Shown here piece by piece: positions 18,851 through 26,737 of a stretch of 64,000 bases of DNA (position 1 is its first letter; each line of letters starts with the position of its first letter). A program made the position numbers and the translations under genes. The notes below the pieces were generated by a model, which saw only the letters and a list, made by a program, of their open reading frames with translations, was not told the origin of the DNA and ran no database searches. This DNA comes from Minisyncoccia bacterium (GTDB taxonomy: Bacteria; Patescibacteriota; Minisyncoccia; SW-4-49-11): contig JBIKVS010000003.1 in NCBI GenBank assembly GCA_044356725.1, positions 4,735 to 68,734 of the forward strand, written 5' to 3'.

Positions 18851-20848
18851 AAGAACGCAACGAAAAGTAAGATCACCAGCTGTGAAACTTGGGGTGTTTA
18901 AGGTTGCAAGAGCAAATATTCCTGAATTAGAAGCTGCATTTGCATTACCACCACGTAAAAAGCCAAAGGCAGTGGTACCTGTGACTGTACCTGCCTGGTA
19001 TTGCCCCATATTCTGACTACTATTCCAACTAGTATTACTTGGTCTAGTTAAATCATAGCTTAAAGTGCCGAAATTAGTTATTGCTGTCCATTGCTGCCAA
19101 AAGGTACCAGAACTGTTATTGGGTTTATCTTGTCCTAATATAGTATCACTTGTCCATTCCCAGGAATTTCCACTTAAGTCCCATATTACTTCTCCATTAC
19201 TAAGGGTATGAGTTCTTCTCTGTCCACTTGGACTAGTATTACCTGTTCCAGAGTATCCATCATTATCATCTGTACTTGCTGACAATAAAAGAGCAGGAGA
19301 GTTATCGGTATGTCCGGACCACAAGCCTCCACTGCCTACTGTTCCTCCTGTCCAGTTTACTCCTTGCGCTTCTATGTTACGAGCTATGGTCATCCATTCT
19401 CTATTATTAATTAAACTTCCTCCTGCTAAGTTACACGCTGTTATAGCATTAGTCTGATTTAGGGAGCCTAGTGGTGGCCCTGCTGCTTGTGTGGTTGCTG
19501 CTACTGTTGATGATCCGGTCTTTGCTTCATATTTCATTACACAAAAGTCTCTAGTACCATATAAACTACTTCCAGGTACTCGGATATAGCCTGTTGGACA
19601 TTGTAGATACGACCAACCTGAAGCAGTACAAACTTGCAATCCCCCATTATTATATCTTAAAGTTCCTACATTAGAGCTAGTACAATTAGTAGTATCATTT
19701 CCAACTCTAATCCCACCATTTACATCTAATCTAGCTTGTGGGGTTGTGGTCCCGATACCTATATTCCCATTACCTAATATTCTCATCCTCTCATTAGCTC
19801 CATTTGCTCCAGTGAAGAATCTTATATCTTGAGCGGTAGCATTGGTAGTAGCTAAGACTAATGGCTGCGCACTTGTTGTACCTAACCTACTACCACTTGT
19901 CCCGTTCCAAGCATCTATAGTTGCATTCCCTGTTAAACTCCAGCCTGAACCTACGCTACTAAGACTTACCTGACTAAACTGTCCACTACTATTAGCTAAT
20001 AAAACTCTATCGAAACCACTTGGAGTTGTAGTATTAGCCACTCCTCCTAAGAGTGATGAGGTGACGGCTGTATTAGAAATTGTAAATCTATTAACACCAG
20101 ATGTACTAAATGTATATTGCTGTCCAACACTCCATAAAGTATTAAAACTTAATCCAAAATAAGTTTGAATAAATGAATTAGCAGAATTATCAGTAAATAA
20201 AGATAGTATATTAGTATTATCTGTATTTCTAATATTAAATGCACCTGCATTATTAGATGTATTTCTGATTGAAAGAACGGGATTATTACCCAAAAAGACT
20301 CCTTCTCCTCCTGAGTTTAGAGAGAAAGAATTGGTACTAGTACCACCATTTGCTACTAATCTCATAGAATTTATAGCTGACATTGCTGAGCCTATTCTCT
20401 TACGAGGGCTGAATATCTCTTCATAAGATCCATTCCCATCCGCATCTAATTGTAATTCTACCCATAAAGAATCATCATTGATAGAGCTAAGAGTTGTATT
20501 TTGACTTCCTAATAAAATTTCAAACCTACCATCAACAATAGATAATAGTGGCGATACTATTCCTGAGTAAGTTGTACTTCCATCTCTTATCTCTTCATAT
20601 ATAGATGTACCCCCAGAGACTACATTGTACAAACTAAACTTAACTCTATATCCTCCATCTGCTAACACTGTCCCATCATTTTTCACAATGGTCCCCGAAT
20701 ACGGTATCTGAGCATTAATACCAGTCCCTGCTAAGACTTTATTATAATTAGATATGATTAAAAATATTATGAATAAGAAAGCAATAACCCATCTTAGATA
20801 TGACTTATATTGTATATTAGCAAGTTTGTAAGATTTAAACACATTCAT
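18845..20848 (-). CDS. Secreted/signal-anchored protein with C-terminal FGE-sulfatase-like (C-type-lectin-fold) domain
   Basis: N-terminal signal anchor; C-terminal roughly 250 aa carry CPTGYIRVPGSSLY..DFCVMKYEAK, GNSWEWTSD, FLRGG and a terminal FRCVLR, resembling the FGE-sulfatase/SUMF1 fold. Paralogous to the C-terminus of the 36614-37978 ORF. Confidence 0.55.
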   Translation of the reverse strand: MNVFKSYKLANIQYKSYLRWVIAFLFIIFLIISNYNKVLAGTGINAQIPYSGTIVKNDGTVLADGGYRVKFSLYNVVSGGTSIYEEIRDGSTTYSGIVSPLLSIVDGRFEILLGSQNTTLSSINDDSLWVELQLDADGNGSYEEIFSPRKRIGSAMSAINSMRLVANGGTSTNSFSLNSGGEGVFLGNNPVLSIRNTSNNAGAFNIRNTDNTNILSLFTDNSANSFIQTYFGLSFNTLWSVGQQYTFSTSGVNRFTISNTAVTSSLLGGVANTTTPSGFDRVLLANSSGQFSQVSLSSVGSGWSLTGNATIDAWNGTSGSRLGTTSAQPLVLATTNATAQDIRFFTGANGANERMRILGNGNIGIGTTTPQARLDVNGGIRVGNDTTNCTSSNVGTLRYNNGGLQVCTASGWSYLQCPTGYIRVPGSSLYGTRDFCVMKYEAKTGSSTVAATTQAAGPPLGSLNQTNAITACNLAGGSLINNREWMTIARNIEAQGVNWTGGTVGSGGLWSGHTDNSPALLLSASTDDNDGYSGTGNTSPSGQRRTHTLSNGEVIWDLSGNSWEWTSDTILGQDKPNNSSGTFWQQWTAITNFGTLSYDLTRPSNTSWNSSQNMGQYQAGTVTGTTAFGFLRGGNANAASNSGIFALATLNTPSFTAGDLTFRCVLR

Positions 20849-20936
20849 TATTTATCAATGTTTATTTTATAAAATACTTTATATATGTTAATAAAACTAT
20901 TATACCATTTATCTGAAATAATTTCAATAATAAAAT

Positions 20937-20945
20937 TGTGGATAA
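20937..20945 (-). promoter_or_regulatory. Perfect DnaA-box 9-mer (TTATCCACA on the minus strand), copy 1 of the conserved motif aattgtggataactttatat
   Basis: tgtggataa is the exact complement of the DnaA-box consensus TTATCCACA; it lies in the divergent intergenic region. Confidence 0.5.
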
Positions 20946-21000
20946 CTTTATATATGTCTATTTCCAGCTTAACGGCTTAACTTAATATTAGATCTTAAAT

Positions 21001-21022
21001 TGTGGATAACTTTATATTGACA
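21001..21022 (+). promoter_or_regulatory. Conserved motif aattgtggataactttatattgaca: DnaA box immediately upstream of a -35 TTGACA, pilin gene 1 promoter
   Basis: tgtggataa at 21001-21009; TTGACA at 21017-21022; a -10-like taatct follows after a 17-nt spacer; about 60 bp upstream of the 21083 start. Confidence 0.5.
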
Positions 21023-21082
21023 AAATAATGTATTTGATTTAATCTATATTTAGAGTTATCATTAACATTACTCAAAACTCAT

Positions 21083-21613
21083 ATGAAAATTTACTCTACT
21101 TCTTCAAGCAAAGGTTTCACCTTACTTGAAATCCTATTGGTGATCGCTGCTATCGGTATCTTAGCTGCTATCGTCTTAGTTGCTATCAATCCTAACAGAC
21201 AACTTGCTCAAGCCCGCAATGCTCAGAGAAGGTCTGATGTTACTACTATTTCTAATGCTGTTTATCAAAGAATTATTGATGATGCTGCAAACAATTTAAC
21301 AACTATGAATACAGCTTTAGTTGATAATTTTGTTTATGCTATAGGTACATCAGGTACAGCAACCACAGTAGAAGCAACTTGTGCCACCCTAACTAATGTT
21401 AATGGAACAACTGCTACTAGGACAATTGATTTAGCTACTACATTAGCACCAAATTTTCTTGCATCAATTCCATTTGATCCCCGTGGTGGAAGTACAGCAT
21501 GTACTGGATATGTAATTACTCAATCCGGAACACCAGAAAATGGTAGAATAACAGTTACAGCTCCAATAGCAGGTAGTGATTTAGCAGGTAGCTCAATATC
21601 TGTAACAAGATAA
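21083..21613 (+). CDS. Type IV pilin (prepilin-type N-terminal cleavage/methylation domain)
   Basis: Leader MKIYSTSSSKG|FTLLEILLVIAAIGILAAIVLVAINPNRQ, a class III signal followed by the hydrophobic alpha1 helix; variable Cys-containing C-terminus. Confidence 0.8.
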   Translation: MKIYSTSSSKGFTLLEILLVIAAIGILAAIVLVAINPNRQLAQARNAQRRSDVTTISNAVYQRIIDDAANNLTTMNTALVDNFVYAIGTSGTATTVEATCATLTNVNGTTATRTIDLATTLAPNFLASIPFDPRGGSTACTGYVITQSGTPENGRITVTAPIAGSDLAGSSISVTR

Positions 21614-21631
21614 TTATTTATCTATAAAATT

Positions 21632-21663
21632 AAAAAGAGATGCTATGTACATCTCTTTTTAAT
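21632..21663 (+). terminator. Rho-independent terminator after pilin gene 1
   Basis: aaaaagagatg-ctatgta-catctcttttt: a 6-7 bp stem followed by a T-run. Confidence 0.5.
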
Positions 21664-21670
21664 TTTCAAT

Positions 21671-21692
21671 TGTGGATAACTTTATATTGACA
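21671..21692 (+). promoter_or_regulatory. Second copy of aattgtggataactttatattgaca (DnaA box + -35), pilin gene 2 promoter
   Basis: tgtggataa at 21671-21679; TTGACA at 21687-21692; 17-nt spacer then TAATAT as the -10. Confidence 0.5.
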
Positions 21693-21752
21693 ATTTAAGA
21701 TATATAATTTAATATATATATAGAGTTATAATTAACATTAATCAAAAATAAT

Positions 21753-22253
21753 ATGAAAACTTACTCTACTTCATCAAGCAAAGGTTTCACCTTACTTGAA
21801 ATATTATTAGTTATCGCTGCTATCGGTATCTTAGCTGCTATCGTATTAGTTGCTATTAACCCTAATAGACAACTTGCACAAGCTCGTAATGCTCAGAGAA
21901 GATCTGATATTAATACTATACTGAATGCTGTTTATCAAAAAATTATTGATGAAGGTACCTCCGGAAGTACTGTCACATTAACTGCAATTTCTACTACAGC
22001 AGGAGAAGTTAATAGAAATAACACTACAGGCTCAACCGAATGTACAGGAACTGCTGTTAATATGTCATCTGTAGCATCAGATGCTGGAGCTGATGTTGTG
22101 CCTACTTATTTAGCAGCTATTCCTCAGGATCCATCTGAACCAGGAACTTCAAATTGTAGTGGATATCTAATTTCTAAAGACGGGAATAATAGAATAACTG
22201 TCACTGCTGACAATACCGAGTTAGTAACTCCAGACTTCTTTGTAACAAGATAA
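21753..22253 (+). CDS. Type IV pilin paralog (tandem duplicate)
   Basis: The first roughly 55 codons are almost identical at the nucleotide level to the 21083 gene (MKTYSTSSSKG|FTLLEILLVIAAIGILAAIV...); the C-terminal half has diverged. Confidence 0.8.
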   Translation: MKTYSTSSSKGFTLLEILLVIAAIGILAAIVLVAINPNRQLAQARNAQRRSDINTILNAVYQKIIDEGTSGSTVTLTAISTTAGEVNRNNTTGSTECTGTAVNMSSVASDAGADVVPTYLAAIPQDPSEPGTSNCSGYLISKDGNNRITVTADNTELVTPDFFVTR

Positions 22254-22273
22254 TAACTATCTTAAATACTATA

Positions 22274-22303
22274 AAAAATTGGAGCTTAAGCTCCAATTTT
22301 TTA
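22274..22303. terminator. Bidirectional rho-independent terminator between the convergent pilin and pgm genes
   Basis: aaaaaattggagcttaagctccaatttttt: a perfect 9-bp stem flanked by an A-run and a T-run. Confidence 0.6.
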
Positions 22304-22361
22304 TTTTAATAATATAATATTTTATTTAGATTGCTATTAGATTAGAATGTCAATACAAAAC

Positions 22362-23750
22362 TTATTTATTGATTATATCGGTCAACCTAAACTTAATCTC
22401 TTCCATTATAGCTTCAGTTTTACCCTCTACAATTAATCTTAATACGGGCTCAGTATTAGATGCTCTAACTGAGAACCAAAAGTTTGGATAATCTATTCTA
22501 ACTCCATCTAATTCACTCAAGTTTCCCTGATTAAATTCTTGTTTAATCTCTGCTAATATCTCTTCTTTAGACCTCCCAATCTCAAAGTTAATCTCTCCTG
22601 AATGAGAGTAGATAAATAAATCTTTGGTAAGTTCATTAAGAGTTAATTCATTTTCTGATAATAGTTCTAATATCTTTAAAGCCACAAATAGTGGATTTTC
22701 AAAATAGGCATGTTCTGAGCCTTTCATTACATCTAGATAAAAATGTCCTGAGAATTCTCCTGCAAAGAAAGCTTTTTCTTCTCGCATCTGAGCTTTTATA
22801 AATGAGTGTCCTACTCTAGTCTGAATTGGTATACCACCTTGTCTTGTAATCTCTTCTGGAGTTATATTAGATGATCTAAGGTCATATAATATCTTGGCTC
22901 CTTCTCTACCTGTTAATAACATCTGAGTTAAGAGTGCGGTAGTTATATCTGGTCTAATGGTCTTACCTGTATTATCTACGAATGAGACTCTATCAAAGTC
23001 ACCATCTCCAGCTATTCCACAGTCAGCTCCTAATTCTATAATTTTATTTTGTAAAGCTATTAATGTTTCTTCTTTCAATGGATTAGCTTCATGATTAGGA
23101 AAATTTCCATCCAGTTCTGGGTATAGATAAGTAACTTCTAGTTGTGGGAAATTATCCAAGAAAGCCTTAATGGCAGGATATCCCATTCCATTGGCGGTAT
23201 CAACCACAACTTTCATTGGTTTTATCTCAATTTGCTTATTCTGATAGCTTAAAACATTCTGTATATAATCTTGTAGGGTATCAGGCTTAATAGTCTCTGA
23301 TATAGGTAAATTTTTGGCTTCTATGTCATTACTCATTACTATATCTCGCATCTGATATATACCCATATCTCCTGAGATTGGAATAGCATTTTTCTTGACT
23401 AATTTAAATCCATTATATTCTGATGGATTATGGGAAGCTGTGATGATAATTCCCCCATCTACCCCATATTCTAAAACAGCATAATACATCATTGGAGTTG
23501 AGGATAGTCCAATATTGATAATGTCTATACTCTCATCTGCTAGTCCTTGCTTTATTTGAGATTCTAGAGCTATGCCAGATTCTCTCATATCACGAGCAAG
23601 AATTATAGTTAAATTTTCTTGATTTGGATATTCATTTCTTAAGAACTGACCATAAGCTCTACCTAATCTGTAAGCTGTTTCATTAGTTAGGTCAGTACCA
23701 TATATACCTCTAATATCATAGGCTTTGAATATACTTGGGTTGGTATGCAT
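22362..23750 (-). CDS. Phosphoglucomutase/phosphomannomutase
   Basis: Active-site loop TASHNPSEYNGFK and the four-domain PGM/PMM layout; 462 aa. Confidence 0.85.
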   Translation of the reverse strand: MHTNPSIFKAYDIRGIYGTDLTNETAYRLGRAYGQFLRNEYPNQENLTIILARDMRESGIALESQIKQGLADESIDIINIGLSSTPMMYYAVLEYGVDGGIIITASHNPSEYNGFKLVKKNAIPISGDMGIYQMRDIVMSNDIEAKNLPISETIKPDTLQDYIQNVLSYQNKQIEIKPMKVVVDTANGMGYPAIKAFLDNFPQLEVTYLYPELDGNFPNHEANPLKEETLIALQNKIIELGADCGIAGDGDFDRVSFVDNTGKTIRPDITTALLTQMLLTGREGAKILYDLRSSNITPEEITRQGGIPIQTRVGHSFIKAQMREEKAFFAGEFSGHFYLDVMKGSEHAYFENPLFVALKILELLSENELTLNELTKDLFIYSHSGEINFEIGRSKEEILAEIKQEFNQGNLSELDGVRIDYPNFWFSVRASNTEPVLRLIVEGKTEAIMEEIKFRLTDIINK

Positions 23751-23774
23751 ATATATTAACTTTTAACTAAAATG

Positions 23775-23847
23775 TGCCCCGAGTAAGACTTGCACTTACG
23801 ACACCAGGTTCTTCAGACCTGTGCTCTACTACCTGAGCTATCGAGGC
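23775..23847 (-). tRNA. tRNA-Phe (anticodon GAA)
   Basis: Cloverleaf by eye: acceptor GCCUCGA/UCGGGGC, D arm GCUC-AGGUAGUA-GAGC, anticodon arm CAGGU-CUGAAGA-ACCUG, T arm GUAAG-UGCAAGU-CUUAC, discriminator A. CCA is not encoded. The T-loop has G at position 55, which is atypical. Confidence 0.6.
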
Positions 23848-23853
23848 TATTTA

Positions 23854-24447
23854 TTAATTATCTAATGAAACTGACGATTTGTCAATAACAATTTGTGTGT
23901 TTTTGTTCTCTAATATGTCTAATACAAATTTATCAAACATATTTTGTCTATATTCAAACTCTTTTAAAGTCAAGACTGTATAGATTATTTCTTGAGCTAA
24001 TTCTGTTTCAATATCTTGAATAAGAGTTTCAAATTTTTTCTCATTTACATCATCAGCTACCAGAAACATATCTACTCTATCTTTATCTCTTTGTAAAAAT
24101 GCCCCCATAACTATACATAAATGTATAGTTCCAATTTTGTCAAGTTTTTGGGCCAATGTCTCAAAAAATGATTGACTTAAGCGAAATATAACTGATTCCA
24201 AAGCTAATACTTCCTCAATTTGATTTAAAATATAACTGGTTTCTTTTTTAGATTTAAATTCTTGAATTATATTATACTTGATGGCTTGTCTTAATTCTAC
24301 TTTAAGTGTATTTACTGGTATATGAGTTCTTGTATGTAATTCCTCTAAAGTTAATTTTAGAGTAGCATCTTTCAAAAAAACCTTTAGAATTTTAACTTTT
24401 TCTGTTCCTAATAAATATACTAATGGACTTTTCAGATTAAGAGACAT
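23854..24447 (-). CDS. Hypothetical protein (possible winged-helix plus minimal nucleotidyltransferase-like core)
   Basis: 197-aa ORF; weak G....D.D-like segment IVMGAFLQRDKDRVDMFLVADDV; no firm assignment. Confidence 0.35.
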   Translation of the reverse strand: MSLNLKSPLVYLLGTEKVKILKVFLKDATLKLTLEELHTRTHIPVNTLKVELRQAIKYNIIQEFKSKKETSYILNQIEEVLALESVIFRLSQSFFETLAQKLDKIGTIHLCIVMGAFLQRDKDRVDMFLVADDVNEKKFETLIQDIETELAQEIIYTVLTLKEFEYRQNMFDKFVLDILENKNTQIVIDKSSVSLDN

Positions 24448-24590
24448 AGACGGAAGAAAGGTTATACTTATTTACTATATTATATTGTACCTAAAATATA
24501 GTAAATAATCAATATATTGTATGAGATGATGAAATCGTAGACATTGAGTCAAGGAATGAAAGTAATCCATAGAGTATCAGACAATTAACT

Positions 24591-24846
24591 GTCCTCCCTT
24601 CTACCTACGGCAGACAGGTGGGAGAGGTGGCCCCGTAAATGGGTCGGGAAAACTGGAGTTTTCCTGTGGAGGAAGGCAACGAGGTCAAAGACCGAGTGTT
24701 GGAAACCGTGGCTTTCCAAGGAACAAATCCCATTTGCGAAGACGGAGGAGGACTTCAGGCGGACGTAAGCTCCCACCTATGGTCTATACTTCATAATTCA
24801 ATCTCTATCCACCCTCCCCCTTCCGGTACTCCCTCCTAAGGGAGAC
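24591..24846. repeat. GC-rich hairpin-dense modular element (family copy 3, expanded)
   Basis: Module B 5' half gtcctccctt (24591) and 3' half gacggaggaggact (24741-24757) are separated by a GC-rich insert of about 140 nt. Module A is in inverse orientation: atccaccctcccccttccggtactccctcctaagggagac (24808-24846). The AT motif ttcataattca lies adjacent. The ORFs predicted here on both strands are judged spurious. Confidence 0.6.
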
Positions 24847-24901
24847 AAAATACATCTCAATATTAAAGTATTGTCTACGATGTTTCTAATCTTTTTAAAT
24901 G

Positions 24902-25396
24902 TTACAAAATTTCTTGAATTTTTTTATATACTTGTTCTAATATTAGCTTGTCCTCCAGAGATATTTTCTTTAGAACAAATGCCTGTGCTTTTTGCCCTAT
25001 AAATCTCTCTGCTCTAATCCCAACTCTCACTCTAGTTACAGCTGGAGAAATATGCTGAAATATCGAGTCTACACCATGATGGCCTCCACTACCTCGATTA
25101 GTTTGAATTTTATATTCACCTAAAATAATATCTGAGTCATCATGAATAATTATAATCTCACTATCTTGAATATTATAATATTGCTTCACTGCTAAAACAG
25201 CTTGTCCAGAGTTATTCATATAGGTATGTGGTTTGAGATAGATATGATCTCCTTGTTTATAAATTGACCCTAAAAATTGTTTTTTATAGCCAAAATCTGC
25301 TCTATTAGTAATGATATCTAAGAATTCAAATCCTATATTATGATAGGTATCTCTGTAATTATCTCCAATATTACCAAGTCCTACTATTAATTTCAT
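24902..25396 (-). CDS. pth: Peptidyl-tRNA hydrolase
   Basis: N-terminal MKLIVGLGNIGDNYRDTYHNIGF and other Pth family motifs; 164 aa. Confidence 0.85.
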   Translation of the reverse strand: MKLIVGLGNIGDNYRDTYHNIGFEFLDIITNRADFGYKKQFLGSIYKQGDHIYLKPHTYMNNSGQAVLAVKQYYNIQDSEIIIIHDDSDIILGEYKIQTNRGSGGHHGVDSIFQHISPAVTRVRVGIRAERFIGQKAQAFVLKKISLEDKLILEQVYKKIQEIL

Positions 25397-25399
25397 AGC

Positions 25400-26737
25400 T
25401 TAAAATACTAATGGATTAGCAATATATAGAATAGGAACATCTTTCGTCAATGTTAACTGATTGTCTATACTTGTTTTAAATATATCCTTAATATAATCAA
25501 TGGATATATTATTAGCTTCTATCTCACCTTGATTATAGGGATTATCTCCGAGATACAAAGTATTTATATCTGGCTTATTAGTTAAAGTACTAGAATTGAT
25601 TAGTTTAGTATTAAATCCTCTTGCTTTTAAAAATTCTTGAATATGTTCATTCTCAGACTTATTAAGATTATTAGAAATTATTAATTCTATATTAAATTTA
25701 TTTTTATTTAAATTAGCTAATTTTTCTTGATAGGCAAAAATATCATTAATGTTTGCAATTTCTTCTTGAATCTCTAAATAATTTTTTTCCCCTATTCTTG
25801 GTTCTAAAATATACCCCCTAGCTGAACCAAATTGTCTATACCCTTCCTTAATATTACCTTTTAATAAATCATTTCCTATAACTAGAGACTTAACAGTATA
25901 GTCTTTGCTATCTTGATATGTGTCATAGAGACCTTTCATATCTGCCAAAGATAAATCCGTTTTAACTGTTTCTCTTGCAATACCCAATAGAGAGACTAGT
26001 TTAGGCGCATCTAAAACTGGATTTAGACTAAAAACTCTATCTTTAATATTACTAATAATCTGTTGTTGTCTTCGTGAACGGTCTAAATCACCACCTACTG
26101 ATGTATATCTAGTTCTTGAATATTTTAGAGCAGTTTCCCCATCCAAAGTTTGAACTCCTGCTGGTAATGTGAATCTCTGATAGCTATAATTTGGTCCAGG
26201 ATAATAAGGGTCATCAATAGCTTCAGTTACATCTACTTCTACACCACCTATTTTATCTACTATTTTTACAAAGCCAGCAAAATCTACTTCGGCATAGTAG
26301 TTAAAAGTAATTCCTGTAATTTCAGTTAGTTTATTTTGTAAACTTTTTATAGACTCATCTTTGATATTACCACTATTTAATTCTCTTGCATATACACTAT
26401 TTATTTTACTATAATATCCACTATCATCAAAAACTAGAAAGTCTCTTGGGATTGATATTAATCTAATTTGTTTCTCTGGATTAAGTATCTGCACAATCAT
26501 AATAGTATCGGTTAATTGCCCACCTTCTTCTTGTGAATCACCTCCTTTACCTAATAATAAAACAGTTTCTTTATCTGGCTTACTGATAACTTTATCTGGT
26601 TTTATAGGATTTAAACCTTGAATAATAGGTATTTTTTGTGAATTTGCAGATAAAAACCAAGCAGACACCCCAACAATTCCAGCTGATAAAGTAAAGGCTA
26701 AAAAAGCTATTCCTATGTTCGACTTAAATATATTCAT
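25400..26737 (-). CDS. LytR-CpsA-Psr (LCP) family cell-envelope polymer transferase
   Basis: N-terminal TM anchor followed by the LCP core LLLGKGGD...QLTDTIMIVQ...ISIPRDFLV. Confidence 0.75.
   Translation of the reverse strand: MNIFKSNIGIAFLAFTLSAGIVGVSAWFLSANSQKIPIIQGLNPIKPDKVISKPDKETVLLLGKGGDSQEEGGQLTDTIMIVQILNPEKQIRLISIPRDFLVFDDSGYYSKINSVYARELNSGNIKDESIKSLQNKLTEITGITFNYYAEVDFAGFVKIVDKIGGVEVDVTEAIDDPYYPGPNYSYQRFTLPAGVQTLDGETALKYSRTRYTSVGGDLDRSRRQQQIISNIKDRVFSLNPVLDAPKLVSLLGIARETVKTDLSLADMKGLYDTYQDSKDYTVKSLVIGNDLLKGNIKEGYRQFGSARGYILEPRIGEKNYLEIQEEIANINDIFAYQEKLANLNKNKFNIELIISNNLNKSENEHIQEFLKARGFNTKLINSSTLTNKPDINTLYLGDNPYNQGEIEANNISIDYIKDIFKTSIDNQLTLTKDVPILYIANPLVF

Noticed and set aside
20849-21760. 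Possible chromosomal origin (oriC) because of three perfect DnaA boxes in AT-rich DNA.
   Set aside because: There is no dnaA/dnaN nearby. The boxes are all in one orientation inside a duplicated promoter 26-mer rather than a clustered array around an unwinding element, and the pilin genes have their own terminators. Promoter-associated regulatory sites are the more economical reading.
24585-24839. Two mutually overlapping ORFs (63 aa minus strand, 66 aa plus strand) in the ORF track.
   Set aside because: They lie entirely within a GC-rich hairpin repeat element, have no start context or homology features, and their open frames are explained by low stop-codon density in GC-rich sequence.
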